A stretch of DNA of 64,000 nucleotides from Eledone cirrhosa (GCA_964016885.1 OZ024745.1:70432001-70496000); one strand, 5' to 3'. Positions 1 to 14,363 are shown, numbered from the stretch's first letter. A program made the numbers and translations. The notes: generated from the letters alone by a model not told the origin.

Positions 1-298
1 AATGAATTTATTGTTCGATCTAAGCGACAATATCAAGGACAATTCCGCAGAAAAACGAAACAAAATCTGAGAAAATTATAGAAGTTGTATACGTCTTGTC
101 TGGAAGGTTGGTAGTAATGAATAGTATGGCAAAATTATGAATTTCTATAATAAGAATATAAGTTCTAACGATATCAAAGAGATAAAATATCAAATGTCAC
201 AGTTGTCATCAATTCTTGTACAATACATATTTCATTGCCATTTCGTCTTAAAATAAAACATTCCATACGAGAGAGAGAGGGGGGGGGGAACAGACAGA

Positions 299-330
299 GA
301 GATAGATAAGTAGATAGATAGTTAGATATG

Positions 331-388
<58 letters not shown>
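299..388. repeat. (GATA)n microsatellite
   Basis: Direct tandem GATA units, preceded by (GA)n and poly-G. Confidence 0.95.
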
Positions 389-389
<1 letters not shown>

Positions 390-1623
390 ATGGGAGAAAT
401 AAATTTTAATATCTGAATTTACAACCTATTTCTTTGCTCCATTTTAGTACGTATTATCTATTTCCTTATACAGAGGGAATTCTATATTCACTACAGACTT
501 CTGTTTCGTATATTTTAAAAACAAAACTATTTCCCACTCTCATTTTTCACAATTTTAAAATCTTTTATTTGCTATTTCATTCTTTCTGCCACTGTTACTG
601 CTCGTATCTTTGATTTTTCGTTGTACTTGTTATGCTTTTTTTATTTTCTCCTAATATACATTATGTTTTCTGTATGTTGTTGTCTTTCTACATATAACCA
701 CTGTTTATGTAGCTTTCGTTTTCCTCTCAATATTTACTCCCTTACGTTGCTATCACTTATGTCTTCCTTTCCCTTTTTCTATCAATATTTATCTCTATAA
801 ATACATTTAAGCTTCCTCTAACTCACACAATTCGCTCTTCTGCGTTACCAAATGCAGTGCAGCCGAACACACTTCATCCTTTAACTTTTATCAGCATCAT
901 CATTGATTTTTACTCTGTGGCGGACAGGTGGCGCCACCAACAGTTTTACCTCACTTGTTTATTTATTTATTTATCTATGTATTTATTTATTTATTTATTT
1001 ATTTATTTATTAGTTTTGTTTTCTCACTCCCGCTCTGTATGCCGTTTTCGAAATCGTTTGGAAACAAAAGAGAAAAAATGTTTCATACTCCGAATAGAAG
1101 TAAAATGAATGTGTGGGAATGTAATACGGAAAAGTATGATAGAATATGCAGTGTATTGAAGAAGAAATAGATGAAGCAGGAGAAATAACATCAAGAGAAA
1201 AGTGAATAAAAGCTACAAGAAAGCAGATGACTACAAAGTGTAGGCACGGGAGACTAGAAATGTGTGAATATATATGTACAAGTGAACGTAATATATTTAC
1301 TGAAGAAGTATCAATATAAAAAGCAAGATAAAGTAATGCGTAATGGAAATAGAAGGAACAGAACAGGGACTAATGAAAATGAGAAAAGACCATTAGATGT
1401 TTAGAGGATTCAAAAATAAAACTACAAATAGGAATAGATATAAGTATTCCCACATTTTTATAACATGCAGACGCAAAGAAACTATCGGCTATGCAGTAAG
1501 AAAATATAGATATTTCGGCAAAAGAAAAACAAATAAGGAGAAGAAAAATTGTTTTCTTAACAATTTAGAAAAAAACAAAATTTCCCAATAAATTTAAGGT
1601 GTTCTTGATAAATAAAATCAAAC

Positions 1624-2025
<402 letters not shown>

Positions 2026-2726
2026 ATTCATATTCATTTCTTATATATTTATATACATTTATTCTTTGCAAAGAAAGAAGAATGTTTACACGTTTTGCAA
2101 TATATCGTTCTTAAGCCGATTATATTGCTACACACATATACGTATACCACTAATCAATCAATCTATTTATTTATCCATCTATTCTGATTGATAGTATGAT
2201 ATTTTTCTTTTCCTATCATCAAATACCATGTATGATTTTTCATGAGTCTGGTATCGTATTATTACACCAACAGAGTTCTATAAATATTTAATTTGTTTTT
2301 GACTTTGTTATGAAGTAGATTATATATAATTGGAAAACATTGTGGTAAGATGCCAACGCAAGAGCGTCCGAGTCAAAAAGGGAATCTATATGTGGTTACT
2401 GCCCTTATTAGGAATAACAGTCAAATTTTACCTCAAATTACTTGGTGCTGACTAACAAGAACATCACCTTCGATAATATAACTCGAATTATACAATATCG
2501 AAAGCAAACAGTTAGAGCACGGCTGAATGTCTACTAAGAGCTGAGAAAGTATAAGTACTACTACTACTACTACTAATACTACTACTACTTCTTTTTCTAC
2601 TACTACTACTACTACTACTACTACTAGCTTGATCATCATATTGACGTAATTGTACGTAAAGCCAATTAGAATATTCTTAAAAAATGATAGTATTCATATT
2701 AAAACTCATTACATATATGCTAGTAT

Positions 2727-2909
2727 TTGGCAGTATCGGTAGAGGGTTGGACGCCATTCTTTGAAGCATAGAGTTACATCCCTTTATGATCTGAGTTCAA
2801 ATCCCACCGTGGTTAACTTTGCCTTTCATCCTTACGGGGTCGATAAAATAAAGTACTAGTAATGCACTGGGTATTTGCTGGCCTTGTGCCAAAAGTAGAA
2901 ATAATTATT
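2727..2909 (+). mobile_element. tRNA-derived SINE family A (Nin/Deu-like central domain)
   Basis: A-box-like TGGCAGTATCGG, B-box GAGTTCAAATCC, core CTTTCATCCTTACGGGGTCGATAAAATAAAGTAC and tail GGCCTTGTGCCAAAAGTAGAAA(ATT)n; more than 10 similar copies in the window. Confidence 0.9.
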
Positions 2910-3187
2910 AGATATGACTAAGGCAGTGGATTGGCAAAATCAGTAGAGCGTTGACAACATGCTTACAAATAGTGTATGTATTTTTCTTAATACGTAAGCC
3001 TAGTGTAGTTAAATGCTTGTATGAACAGTTAAACCTAGAGATATTACCTTATTATATTAACCCCAAGGAGGTTGAAAACCGAAGTTGATCTTCGCGGAAT
3101 TTGGCCATATCTAATTACCACACAGCCGTTTGCCAGACTCTATAACAATTCTGCCAACCCACTGCCCCCTACATAGGTTTAATATTC

Positions 3188-3399
3188 GTTTCTCATATAG
3201 GCACAAGGCCACCAATTTTGAGGGAGGGGAAGTCGATTAAATCAACCCCATTGCATTAGTGGTACTTTATTTTATCGACGCCGTAAGGATGAAAGGAAAA
3301 GTTTACCTCGGCGGGATTTAAACTCATATCATAAAGCGCCGTAACTCTATGCTGCAAAGCATGGCGTCCGACCCTCTACCGATACTGCCAATCCACCTC
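3188..3399 (-). mobile_element. SINE family A, long variant, with TSD
   Basis: Reverse complement of the family A consensus; CATAGGTTTAA is repeated at 3172-3182 and 3404-3414. Confidence 0.9.
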
Positions 3400-3780
3400 T
3401 CTTCATAGGTTTAACATTGATTAGATATACACGAATGATATATTCATATGAGAAGGACGTTCTTGCCGGTTCCATAGCTGTTGCGTATTTACTTGCACAA
3501 ATGTTCCTTTATCTAATTTGTATTATCACTACCCTATTCTGAAATATATATTTTCTAATTGAATCGTTGCTGTCATTGCCGTTCCATTTTACATTTCTCG
3601 CAACTATGTATCCATACATAATTTATACAATGACATCATCCATATATCTGTGTTGGTATAATGTAATTCGGAAGGTATTATGCTGATATATGCATATTGC
3701 ATATATACATACCTACATACACACACATACACGCGCACGCACACACATACACACACACACACATACACGCACACATACAA

Positions 3781-3812
<32 letters not shown>

Positions 3813-3960
3813 GTGTGTGTATGTATGTATGTATATATATATATATATGATGAAATACCAATGATGGTTGGCAAATCACTGACGAGGGACTAATTTTATA
3901 ATATGTAACCCATGTGCAACCACGCAGTATTTTTCTCTCTCTCTTCTCATGTTTTTTATA

Positions 3961-4025
<65 letters not shown>

Positions 4026-4039
4026 GTATAGTGGTAGCT

Positions 4040-4190
4040 CTGGTGCTTCCGTAGGCGTGATACAATAAAGTGATAAAATTTGCTCCGGGCATAATACCCG
4101 TGTCTTAAAAGAACCCGCAGAAGTAGAATCAGCCAGATCCATTCAAGGACCATGACTCGAGCTACATGACGGCGAAACATTTGTAACACG
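4040..4190 (-). mobile_element. Possible CR1/L2-like LINE 3' fragment
   Basis: The minus frame '...STSAGSFKTR' resembles the S..FK.RL end of LINE ORF2; short and degenerate. Confidence 0.3.
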
Positions 4191-4442
4191 AAATAAAACT
4201 AAGTCCAGATGCATCACTGATTTTTCGTTTTCTTGATAATATATATATATATAGGTAGGTAGGTAGATCAACAACTACGAAGATGCTCGCTCATTGGTTT
4301 ACATTCCTATGTTCTGTATGCAACACGATTTACATGTATTCTGAACATCGATGCATGATGATATAAGATGGTACTATATATAAGGATGTAGGAAAGATGT
4401 GATTACTAGCAGTCATGTGGGGGTCTGGGAGGAGTATACATC

Positions 4443-4510
<68 letters not shown>

Positions 4511-4551
4511 AATTCATGTTAATGCATGTTCTTGTTTGTTTCTTGTATTTT

Positions 4552-4672
<121 letters not shown>

Positions 4673-5508
4673 TGTGTGCGTGCGTGTGTGTGTGTGTGTG
4701 CGTGAAGATAGAGCTGATTGAGAAATATTTACTTCATGAGAAACTGCGCACCCAGGAATTTATATTCAACTATATTTATGCGAATTATTTATATATGAAT
4801 GAATACAGCCTCTAAATACGTGGAGCGTATAATTGTATGTGTAAGTGTACGGACATGTATTGCCGTGATAATAACGTATTTCTCTCATTTTCAAAAGCCA
4901 CCATTTTTGTATTTTTATATAGACTCCATAAGAATAGTATTCCTCGTAAAACTCTACTTGACTCTCCGTTTCAAGGATCATTCTGATATTGTTCATCATT
5001 AAATTTAGCTAGTTCTATTAATACACTTATATTAGCTGAAGACGATTAGTAGAATATCTCTTGAAATGATTTGTTTGAAGGTCACTTGAGGTGTTTCTTG
5101 AAATGGCACTTGTGGAAAAAAAATAGCGGTGGTTTTAAGTGACTGTGAACTTTATCAATTCAACTATGATTCATTGTATAAAGAGATTCCGTGTTAATTC
5201 TACGTTTTAGTGTATTTTCCTTCCGTTTTCTTAACTTTATTGTATTTTCCCCAGTTAAGAAACATTTTTGTTGATGGTTGAAACTTTTTTTTTTTATGTT
5301 TCTGTACTTTAGAGTTGAAGTTAAGAAAATAAATTCATTGACTAAAATTTAATTGTGTGAATAGCTTTCAGTATAGTCTTTATAAAAGTGCATAATATGG
5401 AATTATAATTAACATATACAAATACATACACACACACACGTACGCACACACACATACACACACACACATACACCACACACACACATACATACACACACAC
5501 ACACATAT

Positions 5509-5838
5509 GAAGGTGTGTGGCTTTGTGGTTAGGACTTACGGCTCACAATTGTAAGGTCATGAGTTCGATTTCCGGCGGTGCGTTGTGTCCATGAGCAAGA
5601 CACTTTATTTCACGTTGCTCTAGTCCACTCAGCTGGCAAACATGAGTTGTACCAGTTATTATAAGGCCCAGCATTGTCACATTCTGTGTCACGCTGAATC
5701 ATCCTGAGAAGTACGTCAAGCGTGCGCGTGTCTGTAGAATGCTCAGCCATCTGCAAGTTAATTTCCCTAGCAGGTTGTTCCGTTGATCGGATCAACTGGA
5801 ACACTCGCTGTTGTGATCGACAGAGTGCCTTCCACACA
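5509..5838 (+). mobile_element. tRNA-derived SINE family B (CORE/V-like domain)
   Basis: tRNA-like head GTGGCTTTGTGGTTAG...GAGTTCGATTTCC followed by TGTGTCCATGAGCAAGACACTT; related copies at 51.5 and 56.8 kb. Confidence 0.85.
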
Positions 5839-6115
5839 TAGATAGATAATTTTCTATTAAATTTGCCACCAGGGCATAAAAGATTGGGACAAATACGAAG
5901 GGGGGGGGAGGAAGTTTACATACAATAAAACGAGTACAAACATATAACAAACAAAATAATACAATCGAAGTCCTCAATATGAAGGGGGGGGCGTTTTGGG
6001 GGTCGCACACACCCCCGAAAAAATGTGCAACCCTTCTCCTCGGGAGCACAGAATGAGGGTGCTCCCTTCTTCTCCTATTCTTTCCACCTACAGACTGATG
6101 TAGAGTGAAGGTCAT

Positions 6116-7425
6116 TCACACGGTCCATTTCGCCACTTTCACCCACCTTCCATAAAACTGGCTGGGGTGGAGCACCTCTCTCTCCATCCTGATCCTTCTT
6201 CCGAAATGATATCGGAAGAAAAGGACCAGTTGTTGGCCGGAGAGAAAGGTGTCCGACCTTAGTCCTTTCAAACGCGTCCACCATACAACCTCTTTCAACA
6301 TGGCTATTACACACAGGAAGACCGCCTCTCCTTCGTTTTTGAAGGGTGGAGGCGGTTTGATCTTAACAATGGACTCGGTGGTCAACCGGACTGGTCCTAC
6401 CCGTGACAGCAGTCGTTCCACATAGCTCCACAGGTCGGCAACGCCCGGGAAGTGTACCAATGCGTGCGCGACGGTTTCCTCGTCGCGCACGCATCTCGGA
6501 CAGATCTTTTTCGAAGGGTCCCTACCCGGGCCCCCGTGTCTGTAGAGCTTGTCTCGAACGGGCAGAGCCCCACGGTAGCACTGCAAGGCCAGGGAGCTCT
6601 GGAAGTTTCTCTCGGTCTTGGGCCAAATGTCCTACCGAACAGGCTGGCCAGTTCTTCCTCCTCCATGCCTAGGGCTTCTCCGAGGGTGTCGTCGCACCTG
6701 CTGCTGACCAACAACTCCAACTTCTGCAGCAGTGGCTCTAGAGCCAGCACATACAGAAGGGAGGAGAGAGAGCACCCCTGTCGGATTGACCGCGCGATTT
6801 GGAACGGCTCCGAGAGGTAGCCGTTCACCTTGACGCTCGAGCAGATGCGGCTGTTGTGCATGACAGTAATCCAGCTCCTGAAAACGGATCCGAAACCTGC
6901 CGCCGCTCCCAACGCATCCACGTAACCATGGTCGACCCTATCGAACGCCTTAGATTGATCCAAGTTTATCAGGGCCCCACCAAAGCCGGGTTCATTCCCT
7001 ACTCTCTCTATGATGTATCGCATGAGGTGGAGGTTATCGTGAATGGACCTGGACTGGATATTGCATGTCTGCGCATGTCTGCGCATCTCCCACCAGGTTG
7101 CCTACGACAAGCGCCAACATCTTTTCTAACACCTTGGTCAAAATCTTTAACTCCGCATTTAGCAGAGTTATGTGCCTGAAATTACTTATTTCAACTCCCT
7201 TGTTCTCGTCCTTCCTCACTAGCGAGACTACGCCATCTGGATATTGGCTTCTGTCACGCGGGCCCAGCTAACAGCTTTGCCCCCCTTGAATCCTAGAGCA
7301 CGTATTATGCTTCTGACAACGCAGCCTTCGTGCTTCGCGTCGAAAAACTGGTCTAAGGCCGTTCTCGACGCCAGCACTCTGGCTACGTTGCCGCTTCTAA
7401 TCGCCTCTTCTACTCTATCTACCAA
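6116..7425 (-). pseudogene. ORF2 (reverse transcriptase + zf-RVT-like) remnants of the Tx1-like element
   Basis: NFRHITLLNAELKIL, RSIHDNLHLMR, LDQSKAFDRVDH, IRQGCSLSSLLY and CPRC...ETVAHAL are spread over several frames; no YADD motif or APE domain is visible. Confidence 0.9.
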
Positions 7426-7481
7426 CTCCCTTTCCTTCCTATTCCTATCTGAGGCTAATTCCTTACTAAAACCTATCGTGA

Positions 7482-8220
7482 CTACTCTAATCTCTCTCTT
7501 GAGGGGAAGAAAGTGTACTGTTTGGACACAGTTGGTGACACCGAGTATTTTTGGGCCACCAATTGGTCCTTCATCAAAATTATCAGACTCCCATATAACT
7601 TCCCCCTCTCAATAAAAATCATGTCCTTCAACGCGTCTTTTAACTCCAGCTCAATTTCGCTATGCGATAATTGAGCTGGTTTTTTCGACGCATTTGAAAT
7701 AGTTCTAAAATTAATTGCCCTTAGTACCGTGGCTCTTTTAATATCCTTAGGGGAGATTATGGTGAAATCACCGTTTTCACCAAAGCTCACCTGTTTTCTC
7801 CCCTCTTTTAGCAATTCTGCTGCATCACTGATGTCAACTGGGGTGAAAGTTTCGGTCTCCTTAACCACCTGGACAAAGGATATTCGTATAGTGGGGTCTT
7901 TTTTTGTGTGTTTCGTTGCCGTTGTTCTTGTTTTCTTGGGTGTTTGCGTTTTGTTTGTTGTCGTTTGCAATACAGTTTTTTGGGTTTTCACCCATATTTT
8001 CGTGTTTTGAGTTCACATTTATGTTGTTTTCTTTGTCATTGTTGCTGCTGTTTTCGCTTTTGTGTGTGTTTGTGTTATTTGCTTTGTTATTTGTGTTGGT
8101 GTTGTTGGTGTCAGTGTAATTTATACATTCTTTCAATTTACTGTTTCCATTGTTTGGGTTATTACCCAAGGTTTTACAATTGTTCCCCAAATCCGCTTCC
8201 ATACTCGCATGCGAAAGCAA
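7482..8220 (-). pseudogene. ORF1 N-terminal part of the Tx1-like element (frameshifted)
   Basis: Overlapping ORFs 7861-8220 (Asn-rich) and 7482-7991 lie upstream of ORF2 in the same orientation; the call is positional. Confidence 0.6.
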
Positions 8221-8501
8221 GAGAAGGGAAGCTCCAGTACTTGTTCCTCTTTATCACTTTTCCTGGGGTGCGTGGCAGTAGTGTTTTCATGTATGGTGTC
8301 CACTATTGTAAGTTGGTATACACATTTTTCAAAATAGATTTTACCCCGCAAAAGGGGTAAAAATAAAATAACCACCCGTCTGCAAGTCCAGGCGGGAGGT
8401 TAGGTCACACAAATAAAACAAATGAAACACAAACTCACAATCAAAACTGTAATATAAATCCCCAAAGGCTGCAGCCGAAGTAACACACGTCTACTATCAA
8501 C

Positions 8502-8559
<58 letters not shown>
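8502..8559. repeat. (GATA)n microsatellite abutting the 5' end of the Tx1-like element
   Basis: About 14 direct GATA units. Confidence 0.95.
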
Positions 8560-8560
<1 letters not shown>

Positions 8561-8905
8561 TAAGAAATGTAAATTGAATGCTAAGAGCTGGAGGCAACAT
8601 CTTCACAAATTATTCATACGTAAGAATCACGTTCTACAATTTCTGTATATTCTTGCTAAGAAACAATGTCTACAAACCAAAATTCCCATTACTCCATCAG
8701 TTTTGAAATTGAATAACAATGCACAAAAATGCCTTCTTTTGCTGTTTCAGGCTTGACAAAAGCAGAGATATAACTTTAAATGCACGTACATCGTGTCTTG
8801 CGTATACAAGTAGCTACCTGTTGACTCTTTAAATGGAGCCATAAACATATGAAATGAAGCTCTCTTGGTTTCTGAAATTATCTTATCATCTTTATACCAT
8901 CAGAA

Positions 8906-9095
8906 GGGCGGTGGATTGGCAGTATCAGTAGAGGGTTGGAAGCCATGCTTTCCAGCATAGTTACGTCCCTTTACGATCTGAGTTCAAATCCCGCCGAGGT
9001 TGACTTTGCCTTTCATCCTTACGGGATCGATAAAATAAAGTACCAGTAATGCACTGGGTAATTGCTGGCCTTGTGCCTAAAGTAGAAACAATTAT
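8906..9095 (+). mobile_element. SINE family A, full length
   Basis: Starts GGGCGGTGGATTGGCAG and ends AGAAACAATTAT; imperfect TSD ATCTTTATA(C/T)CA. Confidence 0.92.
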
Positions 9096-10545
9096 CTTTA
9101 TATCATATGATATGTTAGATATACATCGAAGACATGCATTGTTAGATAACATCCAGTTATTCAGTTCCATTGCAACCTTTTCCCCCAACATGCAGCTAAC
9201 AATACTTTTCATCAGGTCCAGATCAAAGTTTCGACGATTATAGGAGGCTTTTTATGTTTTGTGTATATTTTCTTTTACACCTTAATTCCTTTAATATTAT
9301 TTAACAGTTTTTTTTTTCTTTTCTCTAATTAAAATTGATTCTATGATTACTTTAATATTGTCTGCTTTACTTTGCTACATTATTTCATTGTAACGTTTAT
9401 TTCGCGTGTTTGTTTTAGTGTGGTCTATATTACGAATAATTTATCAATTTCTGTTACAAGTTAAGAATTTCAAGACATTGTTAAGAGTTGAGACGAATCT
9501 AGATTTTCAATTGTAAAACCGTTGATGAAAACTATTTGAATGACAGCTCGAAAGAAATGTTATTACGCTTGATTGATAACATAAAGTAAAACACCATAAA
9601 AAGTCGAGAGTAAGTGAGAACAATATACGTTGTTTTATAAACTTAAAATGTCTATGTTAGGAAAGAAAATCGAAAACATCTTTTATGTATTCAAAAGAGA
9701 TTGGTGTTCACAATTATAGTTGATCCTTTAACAAATAAAAGGTCCTCCGTCCATATTTTAAACACTGGCTTATATAACATTAAGCTGTTGTAGGTAACTC
9801 CCACATATATTGTAGGACACATTTCTAAAGGCTAGGTGGGCTGAATCACGGTGAATAGAGTAAAAAATCTTCTCGAAAGATTTAAGTAAACGTCTGTCAT
9901 CATTTTTAAAAATTTAGATTCAACTGAATCCTAACTGCGCAAACTACGACCAAATTTGAAATCCGTATTTCGATATCTTAAATGGAATAAAGGAGGGTTT
10001 GTTTGTTATTTCTAGCAGGTCAAGGGACACATACCACATTGTTGGTGGTGGTGCAAGATTTTAAGGCCAATTATGTGAGTTATACTCCCTTTTCATCCAA
10101 CTAGCAACAATTCTGTATACATTCTATTAAATTTCAGATACACATTTGTTTGCTGTTGTTTCATGCTCTCGGACAAAATGGTAAATAGTTGAACTTGGAA
10201 GATGGCGATAGGCATGCATTGAAAGAACCAGTCGATGTTTCAGAGCTCTTTCTTATGGATGACTATTTGCATCTCAATTACAGTAAATAGGGAGGTGATT
10301 TGGTGACCTAGAACGAATGATGTTTTTCGACATCAGAGAGTGTAGAGATTTTTTTTATATATGACACCTTTATAATATTCATAATCAAGAATGAAATATA
10401 CAGTGATACACAGTTTGCTGAATAACTGTATTTGTTTTAAATGTTTTCATTGATTACATAGCCTCTCATTAGTTAGGGCTGATAAATATATATCAATAAT
10501 GATCCCGCTTTCACTCACTATCGGCAAACAACAATAAACAACATT

Positions 10546-10693
10546 TCCCACATCACTAGATACAAACGTCAATGAGTGGTCCCTTTACATCACCACTATA
10601 CACAAACACCAATGGATGATCCCTTAACAACACCACTCTACACAAACTTCAAGATATGTTCCCTTCACAGCGTCACTACATAAACTTTAATGG
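10546..10693. repeat. Degenerate ~40-bp minisatellite, about 4 units
   Basis: Recurrent CCCTT.ACA.CACCACT.TACACAAAC..CAATG. Confidence 0.75.
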
Positions 10694-11528
10694 CGGAGTG
10701 TTCTTTGTTCTATATCTACGAATGGAAAATCAAAACAAATATTTGAAATAGAGAAGAAAGAATCTGGTTAAACTAGAAGTACGATGTAACAGTGTAACAA
10801 CAACACTAATATATAGAAAATTGAAAAATCATTAAACTTTAACTGAAAGAAATAGTAAAATTAATTAGATTTTCTGAGAAAATAAAATAGCGTTTCTCTA
10901 AATTGGTTATAATACAATTAAGAATCGTTCTAAAGGAAACACAACGTCTGTATTGGTGCCGGTTGCTTTCTATTCGGTTGGTTACGTGCTAACACCGATT
11001 ATATAGCCTGGGAGGAATAAAGCATACGCATAGTAGATAGAACAACAAATTGATTAATGGAAAGATACACTGTATGAAGCAAAAATCTTCCCTTGTTATT
11101 TTGTATGAAAAGCTGATGATGTTTGATAATATGGCGTTAGAAAAATCAATCCATTTTATATTTCTTATATATATATTGAGAATAGTTTCTGCTGTCACCG
11201 TCATAGTTACTACTGTTGTCACTTATACGTGAAATGATACCTTCTAAAAATCAGGTAATGATAGGGAAGTATTTTACACAGAGTATGTAGCAGAAACAAT
11301 GACATCCAACTGTTATAGGAGAGGCAAGTAGTTATGTGCATATATATATATATTCAGAAACGAAATATATATATATATAAGTCATTTACAATACAAACAT
11401 GGATATGTTGGTATTTGTGTTTATCAAATATATTAATTTATATTAACTTGTATTACACGGCTCAGAAATACTTCTTTCTTTGAGCTATTTCATTGTAAAG
11501 GACTGTCTGAGTTTTGAACTCATTAATA

Positions 11529-11617
<89 letters not shown>

Positions 11618-12300
11618 TTTTCTGGGCAGAGATGTGGCAGTGACTTCGAACCTTCAGCTGGATTGGATCGCCTGGTTGCTAATTCAATCATCATCCACTG
11701 GCAGTATTCTCTTACGATGATAATATTCACACATTGCTGACACAATTGGTGGTTTTTTTCAGTTGATTGAATGTTTTAAGTCAAATGGTATTGTAAACAT
11801 TCACTCTAATATGTACATATGTGTGTGTTCACGATGGCACAATGTGTAACATGGCTCCCCCATTAAATTAGTAGTACAATTCCTTTTCTAGTTTCGCAGA
11901 ATCAATGAGAGAGAGATAATATGTTTTGTTCAAGAACGCAATACACAGATGGTAATCGAAATAACGACCGAAGGTTCGTAAAACGAATCACCTAATCATT
12001 AAGACACATCACTTCACACAAGAACACGCACACACTCCCACACGCACACACACGCACACACACGCACACACACACGCACGCGCTCATTTCAACAAACATA
12101 TACAAATTCATACATATTGCTATAGATTAGTGAGTGACATTTTTTGTGTATTTTTTTATATATATTTTAGTGTATTTTTTTATATTTTGTTTTCCAATTT
12201 CTGTGTACACAGGAATAGCATTCTTTCACGCATCTCGAAATGTTGTCAATTTGATGAATTTATTCATATTTGTATATTTAGCAACACTATTATTCTACTA

Positions 12301-12495
12301 AGGACGGTGAAATGGCAGCATCTGTAGAGGGTCGGACGCCCTGCTTTCCAGCATAGTTACGTCCCTTTACGATCTGAGTTCAAATCCCGTCGAGGTTAAA
12401 TTTTCCTTTCATCCTTACGGGGTCGATAAAATAAAGTACTAGTAATGTACTGGGTAATTGCTGGCCTTGTGCCAAAAGTTTTAACAACTATTATT
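12301..12495 (+). mobile_element. SINE family A with TSD
   Basis: Matches the family consensus; ACTATTATTCTA occurs at 12286-12297 and 12487-12498. Confidence 0.9.
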
Positions 12496-12854
12496 CTATT
12501 ATAGTAAGTGTACAGACATGCAAACTCCAGACTCAGATGTGTTGTGAGACATTCTTTAATGCTAACGTCATCACAACGACCACAAACCCAAGTGACACTA
12601 CTTGCACGGCAAAGGAGTAAGCTTAACTAAGTATTTCTCTTTTGCACTGACCGCCAATGATACCACCGGGCTGCAGTTTTCTACCCCAGATAGGTGGAGG
12701 TGAATCATCACACCTGATGATGGTGCTCTTAGAAGTGGAATGACTGTTACGTTGGGTATCGATGGTCATTCTGTGTGGCAATGCTCTCCTCATGTTCAGC
12801 GCCCTGGTCAGCAACTGTCATATACTGTACAGCCAAGCATACCGGATCCCATCC

Positions 12855-13230
12855 CTTCTTCTTCTTCTTCTTCTTCTTCTTCTTCTTCTTCTTCTTCTTC
12901 TTCTTCTTCTTCTTCTTCTGCTTCTTCTTCTTCGCGCTGTTATTTCCCGTAGGGTCATGGAGCATAGTCCTTAAGTACGCCTTCCCATGAGTCCTGTCAG
13001 ATATATCTATTTCCAATTGATCCGGTTCGATCATCATACAAGACCAACTTAGCTCATGGATATTTTCCATCATCATGCTCGGCTTCTAGCATTGCGTCTC
13101 CACGTGGGTGATTTGCCCGTAGAATGTGTCCCGAGATTCTTTCCTTGGAAATTATGACATGTTAGTATTATCGGAGCTGTGGTCCCTCAATTTGGATATC
13201 TAGCGGCTCTACCTTGAGTAACTCTTCGGA
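12855..13230 (-). mobile_element. Probable RTE-like LINE 3' end with (AAG)n tail
   Basis: The minus strand has GHILR-like and 'DR..G..YLRTMLHDPTG' coding relics that run directly into the (GAA)n tract at 12855-12933. Confidence 0.5.
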
Positions 13231-14207
13231 GGAACCCTATTTCATCCGTTTGTAGTCGCAATCGTATTGTTTCGGTCATTAATCGAGATACGTAAACAAC
13301 GGTGATCCACCTCATCAAACCATTATGTATTTTTCTTATTATCTATTACTCTGAATGTCGTTTCTATTCATTGCTTTTCCAAATGTTCTCTATATGCATC
13401 AGGTGTTTGTTCGTTTATGTATATATGAATATGTTGCTGTTCTATTTTATCTGAATATGCATGAGTTCACTGCTTCTATGGATTCATTTGGTATGTGTAT
13501 ATATGTGTATATATGTGTATATTTTTAAGCAAGGGTGTACTATGCTCTGTATTAATTGGATTTGGGACTTCTGAGATGTTCTCTATGCGTTCCATTATAT
13601 ATTCCCCTAATTGGGGAAAGAAATGGCGCATACATATAGTTACCATGCTCTTTCAATGTATATTGAACAAAGGAATGCTGTCGGCTTATAAAAACACGGC
13701 GTATTTTCTTATTTTGTTTTCTTTATTTGGACATATAACATAAGATATCATTATTTATGTTAACAATTATGGTGTGTATATGTAAGCACACCAACATAAA
13801 AATATATCGTTAACCATTTTGATAACAACCCGCCCAAAACCGTGTTTGGCTCAATGATACAAAACATATCAATCTAAATATATATATATTTTTATTATTA
13901 TTTATACCATGTTAATAAAATAATTATGTTTAGAACATTCCTGAAATTTCTTCACTAATTAATCTGTATGAGAAATAGAGCCATGATATGTTTAAACATA
14001 TAGACAAGTAAGTGACAATGTTAATGTATTTTCTAGACTTACTTGTAATACAGCCGTTGGAATTAGTATGTCTTGCAAATAAGTACGAAATTGTTTTTGT
14101 TTGCTGTAAACAAACAACAAAAACATCTCAAAAACAATATAGACGTATATCATATTATTTGAAATGCGACAACTAGATGTCCCGCTTGCGATCACATGTT
14201 GAATGAA

Positions 14208-14363
<156 letters not shown>

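Larger units (their letters stand above)
5849..8500 (-). mobile_element. Tx1/L1-clade non-LTR retrotransposon, internally deleted and frameshifted
   Basis: Order is 5'UTR, ORF1-like region, then ORF2 pieces with RT motifs and a C-terminal Cys/His motif; GC content is raised; GATA repeats lie on both flanks. Confidence 0.92.

Noticed and set aside
2727-2810. tRNA genes at SINE heads (also 5509 and 56811)
   Set aside because: A/B boxes are present but there is no cloverleaf, and the sequence continues into a SINE core and tail.
6397-7086. 229-aa ORF as a functional reverse transcriptase
   Set aside because: It is frameshifted, lacks the catalytic YADD region and drifts out of frame; recorded as a pseudogene.
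10546-10693. CRISPR-like array (also 27800-27975)
   Set aside because: Eukaryotic context, diverged contiguous units, no unique spacers and no cas genes.
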